IMG/VR virus record: IMGVR_UViG_3300008213_000001
DNA: 36,610 nt
Source of the DNA: a virus
Direction: 5' to 3' (one strand)
Part shown: one piece after another, positions 25,100 through 32,629 of the stretch
Position numbering within the stretch: the first letter of the stretch is position 1
How the letters are laid out: every line of letters begins with the position of its first letter
Translations under genes and position numbers: made by a program
Notes under the pieces: generated by a model
Database searches by the model: none
The model's input: the letters and a program-made list of their open reading frames with translations, nothing else
Told to the model about the DNA's origin: nothing

Positions 25100-26122
25100 T
25101 TATATATTGAATGAATTCAATGGATTAAACCTCACCGCATCACTCAAATGGTTTGGTGAAAAGTGGGCGTAAATCATCGTGTGATCGATATGCTGATGCC
25201 CGAGGATTTCCTTCAATACAAGAATGTTGCCGCCGTTGGTCATGAAGTGGCTTGCGAAAGTATGACGTAAAACGTGAGTCGCTTGTCCCTCTGGTAAATG
25301 GGGGAGAGCTTTAGTCAACCATTTATACGCTACGCCGTAACCGCAGGTGAAAAGGCGGTCATTGGTTGGTTTATAGATTTGGTTATACAACTCTTCAGAA
25401 ATCGGTACCGTTCTATTGCGTTTGCCTTTGGTGTTGCTGTAAGTGATACGGTATTTCGTCAGGTTGGAACCCTTCAGGTAAATCGCTTCCCTGATACGCG
25501 CACCAGTCGCCAGGCAAACCTTATATATCTTCGTAAGCTCATCACCAATTGGGCTTTGTTGAGCAACTTCAAACAAATGACTAATTTCTTGTTCGGTCAA
25601 GAACGCCAGCTCAGACTCTGGTTTTTTAATTGCCTCAATACCGCCAACAGGATTCGGTAGCTTCCACTCACCAAGCTTTATTAACTTGTTGAACATCGCT
25701 TTTAGCAAACCAAAGTCCACATTATTCGAAGCGATGGAAAGCTCTTTATGCTCCTGTCCTCTGCCTTTATTGGAACGACTAGAGCGATACATGGCGAGCT
25801 GCTTTGCGTTAAGCTGTGAAGCTATCGGGTTACCTAAGTCGAAAACCATGCTTTCTAAGCGCAGGCGAGTATGATAACCGGACTTGAGATTCTTACCATG
25901 CAGCTTAAACCATAGTTCGACTAAATCAGATAATCGACGGTGATCAGGTTTAGAACCTAACCACGGTTTATCATCCACCTCTTTCATCAAGTGGAGTTCA
26001 AAAGCCGTAGCTTCGCCTTTGGTTGCAAAGCGCTTACGAACGCGTTTACCAGTTCGGCCTTGCGGATAGCACTCACAAAGCCAAGTTTTTTTACTGCCGT
26101 CTTTGAGGTTTCGAATTGTCAT
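25100..26122 (-). CDS. int: Tyrosine integrase (340 aa from ATG 26122)
   Basis: N-terminal arm-binding-type domain MTIRNLKDGSKKTWLCECYPQGRTGKRVRKRFATKGEA. Catalytic pattern ATGARIREA ... HVLRHTFASH ... LGHQHIDHTMIYAH (R, H-x-x-R, H, Y). Confidence 0.92.
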   Translation of the reverse strand: MTIRNLKDGSKKTWLCECYPQGRTGKRVRKRFATKGEATAFELHLMKEVDDKPWLGSKPDHRRLSDLVELWFKLHGKNLKSGYHTRLRLESMVFDLGNPIASQLNAKQLAMYRSSRSNKGRGQEHKELSIASNNVDFGLLKAMFNKLIKLGEWKLPNPVGGIEAIKKPESELAFLTEQEISHLFEVAQQSPIGDELTKIYKVCLATGARIREAIYLKGSNLTKYRITYSNTKGKRNRTVPISEELYNQIYKPTNDRLFTCGYGVAYKWLTKALPHLPEGQATHVLRHTFASHFMTNGGNILVLKEILGHQHIDHTMIYAHFSPNHLSDAVRFNPLNSFNI

Positions 26123-26136
26123 AATGAGATAAATGT

Positions 26137-26156
26137 AACTGTTTTTATATACAGTA
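26137..26156. promoter_or_regulatory. LexA (SOS) box AACTGTTTTTATATACAGTA
   Basis: CTGT-N8-ACAG with 17/20 matches to TACTGTATATATATACAGTA. Lies 15-34 nt upstream of the int ATG, and 153 nt upstream of the divergent orf at 26309. Confidence 0.7.
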
Positions 26157-26308
26157 TTTCTGTGTGGTAGTTTTTGCAATGTTTAAGTTGAGAATGAACG
26201 AACAAGAATGAGTATGCTCTATGTCGCAAAGAGAATACTACGGTTTGACCGATACACAAATTGCTGGTAAGTCGGGATTGGAACGGTAGTTTATGTGTTG
26301 AGGTGAGT

Positions 26309-27154
26309 ATGCTTGTTTGTACCTATAGGGAAGATGGTTCGGATTGTACAACGGAAATGTATGAAGACGATCCGGGTAAATTTCGAGGATTAATTGACTG
26401 CAAAGTTTGTGGAGAAAAAGCTTGGTTTGTTAAGGGATATAAGACAGCAAAAATCGACCGTATGGCATGTTTTGGTGCTCGCCATAAACCTGATTGCGAC
26501 GCTTCGACGGTATTGATGAAACCTGATGGGGAAGATGAATCAGTGGGAGAAGGAGATTTATCTTCTGACATTCGTGTTGATCTAGATAAAGCCAATAACA
26601 ACTCATTGTATGTATCTCAAGATAACGGCAAGCACGGTGAAGAGGAATCAACACGAGTAACGGCGAGGCCGGCATCTGGAGTTGGTTCTGGCTCAGGTTT
26701 CCCACTCAATAAATCTTTGAGGGCGCTGTTAACAAATCTATGTCGTAATCCAAATTATGCGGATAAGGGACAGACGATTAACATTGTGACGGACGGTGGA
26801 AGAGAGATCATTAAAGGCCAACTTGCAGACTTCTTAGTTCCCATATCAGAAGCAAGTGACAAGCATACAGGAAAAGAATACATATTCTGGGGTCCAATAA
26901 ACAACTTAAACGTTGATAATAATGGAGTTCTTTGGCTGAACTATGGTGACTATAGGACTGAACCTAGCATAAGTCTTAGACCAGAGTTAAAAGACCAGCT
27001 CCTTAGAAACTTTAAGATTAAAGATGTTAGTGAGCTCGATGGCTCAGATGTGATAGTTGTTGGCCATGTTGGCATCTCTCCCAATAACAAAGCCATCATC
27101 TCTACAGGTTTTACGAAGTATTTGTCATTCCGTAAGATGAATATTATGCAATAA
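26309..27154 (+). CDS. Hypothetical protein with an N-terminal Cys/His cluster (281 aa from ATG 26309)
   Basis: GAGGTGAGT precedes ATG 26309. Cys/His cluster: CxxC (CKVC), 19 residues, then C-x4-H-x3-C (CFGARHKPDC), giving a zinc-ribbon-like N-terminus. Gly/Ser linker and an unrecognised C-terminal domain. AT-rich. Confidence 0.6.
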   Translation: MLVCTYREDGSDCTTEMYEDDPGKFRGLIDCKVCGEKAWFVKGYKTAKIDRMACFGARHKPDCDASTVLMKPDGEDESVGEGDLSSDIRVDLDKANNNSLYVSQDNGKHGEEESTRVTARPASGVGSGSGFPLNKSLRALLTNLCRNPNYADKGQTINIVTDGGREIIKGQLADFLVPISEASDKHTGKEYIFWGPINNLNVDNNGVLWLNYGDYRTEPSISLRPELKDQLLRNFKIKDVSELDGSDVIVVGHVGISPNNKAIISTGFTKYLSFRKMNIMQ

Positions 27155-27180
27155 AAAACCCTCTAAGAAGAGGGTTTACT
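27153..27180. terminator. Bidirectional rho-independent terminator between convergent genes
   Basis: AAACCCTCT-AAGA-AGAGGGTTT 9-bp stem (27156-27177), flanked by an A-run on the left (a U-tract for the minus strand) and TTTACTT on the right. Confidence 0.8.
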
Positions 27181-27214
27181 TAATTACAGACATCCGCACT
27201 AAATGAAATTTTCG

Positions 27215-27970
27215 TCAGTCTTGTATATGAACTTCTTCTTGGCATTTGTAAGCCAAATAGTCCTCAGACATCTGAGGTAAGAATCCTTTCGGCCAAGTTG
27301 TTACAAACTCGCACAGCAGCTTATACGGAGCAGGAGCGTCCATGTTAACTTTTGATACTGTTAGAACATAGTTTTTAAGGTTCGGATCTTTCATTAGAGT
27401 TCTAATGTCTGAGTTAAAGTACTTAGGGCAATAACCAACTTTAATTTGCTCTTCATCAGAAGTCGTGGCAAATACTGCATTACAGTCATGTTCATTGCAG
27501 TCTTCAAAGTGAAATCTCAGTTCATCTCCGCTATCTAACCGCGAGATTCTCTCAATGTTACTATCTGGTAAATACCTAATACCATTGATAAAAAACTTAA
27601 TTTTATAGTTTTTTGTATCCGTTAGTTGTGGTTGCGCGATGATTCGAAACTGATCTGTCTGTCGAGCTCCACCAGTAATTCCTAGTAGTTCCAACTCATC
27701 ATATGACTCGGTATCCATGCCTGACCACTCCAGAACTTTCTTAAACTCTGGTCGACTCTTAGGTAGAATTCTATTTCTAAAAAACGCAAACAACTCTCTT
27801 GAAGTGTAAATCTTCGAACGGTCTTGCATTCTAGGAAAGGGTACAAAACGTGGGTGATTTGACCCTAGAGTATAATTCAGGCGATACAGTTTTTCGGTTC
27901 TAGTCAGTTTAGCGACAGGGTGCCACATCCCGTCTTGAAGATCTTTCCAAACAACAAATACACTTTTCAT
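27215..27970 (-). CDS. HipS-like (HipA N-subdomain-like) domain fused to a HIRAN-like domain (251 aa)
   Basis: aa 1-110: VFVVWKDLQDGMWHPVAKL...YRLNY...ELFAFFRNRILPKSRPEFKKVLEWSGMD...GGARQTDQFRI resembles the HipA N-terminal/HipS region. aa 120-225: FINGIRYLPDS...LDSGDELRFHFEDCNEHDCNAVF...IKVGYCPKYFNSDIRTLM resembles HIRAN. The start lies 6 nt after the kinase stop. Confidence 0.65.
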   Translation of the reverse strand: MKSVFVVWKDLQDGMWHPVAKLTRTEKLYRLNYTLGSNHPRFVPFPRMQDRSKIYTSRELFAFFRNRILPKSRPEFKKVLEWSGMDTESYDELELLGITGGARQTDQFRIIAQPQLTDTKNYKIKFFINGIRYLPDSNIERISRLDSGDELRFHFEDCNEHDCNAVFATTSDEEQIKVGYCPKYFNSDIRTLMKDPNLKNYVLTVSKVNMDAPAPYKLLCEFVTTWPKGFLPQMSEDYLAYKCQEEVHIQD

Positions 27971-27976
27971 TATAAT

Positions 27977-28927
27977 TCAACTTTTTAGAGCTAAAGCTAG
28001 ACTTGGCTTTAGGTCGATAATTCTTTTTTTGTTACTCTCAATAATAGCAATACAAAATTGCTTTGCAGTTTCACTAATTATGGAGTGGGGTATTCGTGAT
28101 ACGATGTTATTCACTTGATCACATTCAAGTTTTTCTAATCGTTCAACCCACTCTATGGCTGCTTTGGGTGATAATTTAGCGAACTCAGTAAAAGCTTCAA
28201 TAGTTTTCAATCGCGTACCTTTCAGATAAAAATGAGACTTACTTTTTCTTACGTATTGCTCTACAGATTGGTTTGCTTGTTCTGGGTAAAGCCTTCTTTT
28301 TCTATTCTCATCAGATTCATTTCGCCCAAGGCTCGCTGCATGGTCAAAAGTCGGTGCAAGTGTCATTTTTCCTTCAGGGTTGACGGTTAAAGCCCAGTTT
28401 TCGTTGTGCCTATCTTGATTTGAAATGAGACAATCAAACATCAAATACCCGATAAATACATCTAGAGCTGATTTGATCGAAGTTGTATTCTCCCAAGTTC
28501 TAGGAGGCTTTACCACGACTTTTTCCATTACGAGGGCGACTCGAGAAACTTCTTGAGATTTTTGCCCGGTTTTCGGTTCCAGCTTTTGGCTTTGCTCTAC
28601 TCTTTCAAGTAAATGGTTGCCGAAGTACAGTTTATCCCCTTTTTCACTAAAATTGAGACTTCGCGTTCCCATTTCTCCATTATGTGATGCTAAATCATAT
28701 TGAGCATGAGGTATTCCAAGTGCTTCTGCCAACTCACAAGATATTTTTTCCGCCCAGTCTTCACCACACCTTATGACAGGAGCTCCGTTCTTATCTTCAG
28801 TATGGGTTGATTTGAATAGATATTGCTTCTTATCTGAAGGGTCTGTGTACCAGAATTTAGACTTTGTTCCCATATCTTCAAAGTCATCAAAGTTCTGATC
28901 ATGAACTTCGAAAATCGGATATTCCAA
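27977..28927 (-). CDS. HipA-family Ser/Thr kinase core without the N-terminal subdomain (HipT-like, 316 aa, TTG start)
   Basis: Catalytic loop DCLISNQDRHNENWAL (DRHNEN encoded by 28397-28414 on the minus strand) and APTFDH Mg-binding-like motif. AAGGAAG RBS lies 7 nt before TTG 28927. Confidence 0.75.
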   Translation of the reverse strand: MEYPIFEVHDQNFDDFEDMGTKSKFWYTDPSDKKQYLFKSTHTEDKNGAPVIRCGEDWAEKISCELAEALGIPHAQYDLASHNGEMGTRSLNFSEKGDKLYFGNHLLERVEQSQKLEPKTGQKSQEVSRVALVMEKVVVKPPRTWENTTSIKSALDVFIGYLMFDCLISNQDRHNENWALTVNPEGKMTLAPTFDHAASLGRNESDENRKRRLYPEQANQSVEQYVRKSKSHFYLKGTRLKTIEAFTEFAKLSPKAAIEWVERLEKLECDQVNNIVSRIPHSIISETAKQFCIAIIESNKKRIIDLKPSLALALKS

Positions 28928-29018
28928 AAGATAGCTTCCTTAAAATACGATTTATCATATGCTAAATAAGAATTACTAGCAGTTCTTTGTTAACTCACAT
29001 GTTAACTAAAGCTAACCT

Positions 29019-30182
29019 CTATTTTCCTCGTAGCCGTTCTCTAACAGTTTTTTTTTGGCCGTTTATAGACTTCGCAATTCCAACCATCTCTTTCATATCG
29101 CGTAAGAAGTCGGGTACACTTTGAGTATCTGCTTTACCATCGTGGAAAGAAAAGAAGGAGATTGCGAGATCGTTCTTTAGTCTATTTTTATCTTCTTCTG
29201 CTAAGCCTTCTAAGTAGCTCGGTAGAGAGACAATCTGTGTACCGCGCTGACGATAAATATTTTCTTTAGCCCGGTGGGCCGCAGACTCTTTTAGTAAATA
29301 AAGAGCGGGAGCTGTAAGGAGTAAAACGGACATTACGCGAAGTACAAATACCTCTGTACTAATCTCTTTCAACAGAGCAACGGTTTCAGGTGTTAGTTTT
29401 TCACCAAACCCCAAGTAGTCTTTAAACATAAAGCCGAGTAGAGCGATAGAAGTAAAAAGAAAAATTATGCCAATCGCTCTCAACCAGTTTGCGTATGTTT
29501 CTTCCTCTTTAGCTCTTTCTAAGTAGATCTCTCCTTCTTTTGCTATTCCTAGTTTACTGAAATATGCATCTATCATTTCTTGCTTTTTCGAAAAACGGTT
29601 AACCACCTCATCAATACGTTGTTGAATTGCTTCCATTTCTGCGGCGGCGTTGTCACTCAGTTGCTCTATAGCTTTGCGGCTTTCCGCACGAATATGATGC
29701 TTTGCCTTGTTTAACTCGGCTGAGTTTTTTTGCAGAATTTCATGGGCTCTATTTTGCAGATCTTCGAGAGTCTGAGCTGATATATGGGCTTCATCGCTCA
29801 GGTATTTGTCTTTTAGTTGGAATAGAGGAAGTGAAATTTGAAATAGACTTTCAAGTACACTTGAGTCATACAGAGGGAATTTTTTTGATAATTCCTTTAA
29901 AAGAGATAGTTCTTCTATATATGCTAGTAAGTATTTGACAGGGATGTTAATGTTATTACTTCTTGAATAGGTCAGAATACTTGTTAAGGAGGATTCAAAA
30001 TTATATAAGTTGCTTCGGAAGTCACTAAGTTCGTTATAAAAATCCAGATCTTCTTCACAAGAAATATCAAAGTTGGAAAGATCTTCAGACAATATTGTTC
30101 GAATCCAACCAAGGCAATTCTCAATCTTATTATTAAAGCTATCAATGTAATCTATGTAACTTGCTAAGTTTACTGTTTCCAC
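29019..30182 (-). CDS. Coiled-coil protein with two C-terminal-half TM helices (387 aa, GTG start)
   Basis: AGGAGG lies 7 nt before GTG 30182. Long helical N-terminal half. TM candidates are WLRAIGIIFLFTSIALLGFMF and VFVLRVMSVLLLTAPALYLL. No family recognised. Confidence 0.6.
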   Translation of the reverse strand: METVNLASYIDYIDSFNNKIENCLGWIRTILSEDLSNFDISCEEDLDFYNELSDFRSNLYNFESSLTSILTYSRSNNINIPVKYLLAYIEELSLLKELSKKFPLYDSSVLESLFQISLPLFQLKDKYLSDEAHISAQTLEDLQNRAHEILQKNSAELNKAKHHIRAESRKAIEQLSDNAAAEMEAIQQRIDEVVNRFSKKQEMIDAYFSKLGIAKEGEIYLERAKEEETYANWLRAIGIIFLFTSIALLGFMFKDYLGFGEKLTPETVALLKEISTEVFVLRVMSVLLLTAPALYLLKESAAHRAKENIYRQRGTQIVSLPSYLEGLAEEDKNRLKNDLAISFFSFHDGKADTQSVPDFLRDMKEMVGIAKSINGQKKTVRERLRGK

Positions 30183-30214
30183 AACATATCCTCCTGCACT
30201 TCACCCGTCTCCAA

Positions 30215-30541
30215 TTAGTTTAAAATCACTTCTCTTTTAGCTAATGTATGTTCTCGTTTCTTTAGCCTCGTATTGTAGTCGTAGCAAAGTATGTCTAAGT
30301 GCCTTGTTGAACTTTGCCTAACCATTATCTTTTTTGATCCTGTTTCACTAAGAGGCTGGTGAATGTAGATAATGTGGTCTACGCGAAGAGTTCGAGGGGA
30401 GGAGGTGATGGAGCACCAACCTTGTACGTGTGTTGGTTCCTCTTTTGAGTTCGCGCTTAATTTGGCATTAACCATCTGTGGGCCAGGTAGCACTTGACGC
30501 TGACTCAAATAGGTGCAGATTAAGTCATTTGTAATATCCAC
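30215..30541 (-). CDS. Hypothetical protein (108 aa, GTG start) immediately downstream of cI
   Basis: AGGAA lies 6 nt before GTG 30541, which is 28 bp after the cI stop on the same strand. No motif recognised. Confidence 0.45.
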   Translation of the reverse strand: MDITNDLICTYLSQRQVLPGPQMVNAKLSANSKEEPTHVQGWCSITSSPRTLRVDHIIYIHQPLSETGSKKIMVRQSSTRHLDILCYDYNTRLKKREHTLAKREVILN

Positions 30542-30569
30542 TTTTGTTTCCTAGACAACCGTTTAATAA

Positions 30570-31211
30570 TTATTCTTTTCTTAATGTCACCGCCACGCGG
30601 CCAATTACTTTTATATCTTTTTCTGAAACTTCAACGGTGCTGTCACCAAACACAACAGCCAGTTTTTTGCCTGGTAAGCGCTGGATATGGTTGATCGACA
30701 AAGTACCGTCGATATCTATTAAGTATTTGCCCGAAGCTGGGTTTGTAGAGCTTTTGTCAACGAGATATAAAGCTTCATTAGTTTCAACTTCAATCGTCGC
30801 GTCAGCTTTGAGGTTAAAGCTGTTAAACCTGCGGATAGCGTAAGGTAACTCACCAGTATCTAAAAGCTCCCCATTGGTCAGGCAATAGCTTTTGATCTGG
30901 ACTGAGTTGTGTTTAGGTGAAGTTGTAGCGCTTGCTTCTTCGGCAGTACATTTTGTCGCTGAGTGAGCCTTAAACCGGTCCTCTGGCTTTAACGCCAAAT
31001 CCACCATTGGGATTCCCAAAGCTAAATGAGCTCTTACCATGAGTTCATGGGAAGTTCGATTATGAGTATTCCAAGTGCTAAAAGTGCTTTTTGGTACGCC
31101 ATATACGAACGCCATTTCTTGAAAGTTCTTACATCCTGTCAAGTTCTTCAAATTTTCTGTGAAATCAGTGCCTTTCAAATAATCGAAAGGTTCTATTTTA
31201 CGAATGCTCAT
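30570..31211 (-). CDS. cI: Phage 186-type CI immunity repressor (213 aa)
   Basis: N-terminal HTH region NFQEMAFVYGVPKSTFSTWNTHNRTSHELMVRAHLALGIP and a C-terminal domain like the 186/K139 CI family. Divergent from the cox-like gene. Confidence 0.8.
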   Translation of the reverse strand: MSIRKIEPFDYLKGTDFTENLKNLTGCKNFQEMAFVYGVPKSTFSTWNTHNRTSHELMVRAHLALGIPMVDLALKPEDRFKAHSATKCTAEEASATTSPKHNSVQIKSYCLTNGELLDTGELPYAIRRFNSFNLKADATIEVETNEALYLVDKSSTNPASGKYLIDIDGTLSINHIQRLPGKKLAVVFGDSTVEVSEKDIKVIGRVAVTLRKE

Positions 31212-31359
31212 GACTTAAAGTTCTCGTTTTCGAATTAATTTGTCATTTTTTGTTGAAAGTTCGAGAATGACGATCAATAATTCTTGTGTGTTTCGGAAGT
31301 CACGCCGACCAAAGCAAGAGGCAACCGAAGAAGATAGACATAAATACAAGGATATCACC
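31212..31359. promoter_or_regulatory. Lysis/lysogeny switch region with a candidate lytic promoter TTGAAA-N17-AATAAT (31252-31280)
   Basis: Divergent cI/cox intergenic region. Sigma70-like hexamers with 17-nt spacing. AAAGTTC repeated at 31216 and 31255, plus a TTCTCG/CGAGAA inverted pair. Confidence 0.4.
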
Positions 31360-31572
31360 ATGTTAACGTACAAGATACCTCCACTAAGTCCATATGTGAC
31401 TTACGAAGAATACTCCCGCCTTACTGGTTTACCTATGGGCACCATCAAACAATACGTGACTGAAGGTCGCGTCATCATCAAGCCCAAAGATAAACGCCGC
31501 GATAAGCCACTGATTAACATGGTTGCTATGCACGAAATGGCGGCACGTGAAGCCATTGCTGCGCTTGGGTAA
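31360..31572 (+). CDS. cox: Cox/Apl-like excisionase and transcriptional repressor (70 aa from ATG 31360)
   Basis: YVTYEEYSRLTGLPMGTIKQYVTEGRVII parallels P2 Cox AIPYQEFAKLIGKSTGAVRRMIDKGKLPVI. AAGGA lies 7 nt before the ATG. First gene of the early operon. Confidence 0.7.
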   Translation: MLTYKIPPLSPYVTYEEYSRLTGLPMGTIKQYVTEGRVIIKPKDKRRDKPLINMVAMHEMAAREAIAALG

Positions 31573-31682
31573 GTAATGGCCTTTTCCTCTCTTATTCCAA
31601 CTAAAACGCACTGCTCAATATGGCTAAATGTGTTCGCGTTGGTTGTCATTCTCGTACCGCCTTTGATGTAAGAGTGTGGATC

Positions 31683-32222
31683 ATGGACGCAAATATCGCT
31701 ATGTGCGGATTCCGCGAACGCAAACAGCAATCTTTTAACGCTGCATGCTGCGACTTCGCTATCAATCATAATATGGAAAAGCTGGCTCCACGCATCGGCC
31801 TAACTGGGAGAATGCTGCGTAACAAGCTAAACCCAGAACAGCCTCACAAACTAGATCCAGTGGATTTGGCATTGCTGAGTAAAGAATCCGGCGATTACAC
31901 CATTGTGAACACACTCTTTGCTGACCTTGGTGTCGTGACGGTTCAGTTACCTCAAGACGGGGAAGAGAAGAACCTTCTAGAGCGCACGTTACTTAACAAC
32001 CAATATTCAGGTGAGCTGTCTAGCGATGCAATACACATGTGCAGCGCAGACCGTTTACCTCGCAGTCAAAAGCGCAAAACCATTGCCAAGGTTCAAGCGG
32101 CCATCGGAAACTTGGTTTTGTTCGTCAACGATTTAGAAAACCGCACCACCGGCTTTCAGCCACTCATGCAAATGGGCACAGATTTCCTAGCCAACGGTGC
32201 GCCACTTCCAGGCTTAGCCTAA
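31683..32222 (+). CDS. cII: Phage 186-type CII regulatory protein (CP76 family, 179 aa from ATG 31683)
   Basis: NAACCDFAINHNMEKLAPRIGLTGRMLRNKLNPEQPH closely parallels 186 CII DEACRAFAQRHNMAKLAERAGMNVQTLRNKLNPEQPH. Confidence 0.85.
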   Translation: MDANIAMCGFRERKQQSFNAACCDFAINHNMEKLAPRIGLTGRMLRNKLNPEQPHKLDPVDLALLSKESGDYTIVNTLFADLGVVTVQLPQDGEEKNLLERTLLNNQYSGELSSDAIHMCSADRLPRSQKRKTIAKVQAAIGNLVLFVNDLENRTTGFQPLMQMGTDFLANGAPLPGLA

Positions 32223-32231
32223 GGGGAACCA

Positions 32232-32567
32232 ATGAGTCAGCTAGCTATTCAACAAGAACAACAAAAGCAAATACCCAACGCCAGCGAGAGCATTGCCGCT
32301 TGTAAAGCCTTGTTCAATGGTTCCGCTACACGCGGCAAGTTGAAAAAATTGTGGGACGCTATGCCACCACGTTTTCGCGGTATGGTTTTAGTCGCCGGTG
32401 ATCTGAAAGCATCGGAGCATGTGCGAGAGTTTGAAAGCTTTAATGATTTGGAGCTTCAAAAAATCCGTAACGGCATGCAACAGATTAAAGAAATCGCGAC
32501 GTTGTTCGATCGCAATCTTGGTGACGTTCGACGCTTAAAGCATTACCAACTCAGTAGTACGCATTAA
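32232..32567 (+). CDS. Early hypothetical protein (111 aa)
   Basis: AAGGGG RBS, follows cII, ends at a terminator. Confidence 0.55.
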   Translation: MSQLAIQQEQQKQIPNASESIAACKALFNGSATRGKLKKLWDAMPPRFRGMVLVAGDLKASEHVREFESFNDLELQKIRNGMQQIKEIATLFDRNLGDVRRLKHYQLSSTH

Positions 32568-32582
32568 TTCTCCAAGCCTTTG

Positions 32583-32606
32583 CCCCTGTAACTGGGGGCT
32601 TTTTTC
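32583..32606 (+). terminator. Rho-independent terminator within the early region
   Basis: GCCCC-loop-GGGGC followed by TTTTTT. Confidence 0.65.
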
Positions 32607-32629
32607 GTCTTAGCGTAGGAGCATAAAAG

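Noticed and set aside
25298-25874. Plus-strand ORFs (120 aa and 62 aa) inside int
   Set aside because: They are antisense to a clearly recognisable tyrosine recombinase.
31240-31359. N-terminal extensions proposed by the ORF track, here TTG 31240 for cox. Others: 31620 for cII, 33239, 21917, 11602, 17103, 5502, 26179, 26261, 35800, 2057 and 2602.
   Set aside because: Each extension begins at a non-ATG codon or an ATG without an RBS, and runs through intergenic regulatory DNA or the preceding gene. Internal ATG, GTG or TTG starts with good Shine-Dalgarno spacing, or with ATGA coupling, give products matching the expected family lengths.
31401-31769. 122-aa minus-strand ORF spanning cox and the start of cII
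   Set aside because: It is antisense to two recognisable early genes and crosses their intergenic region. No RBS.
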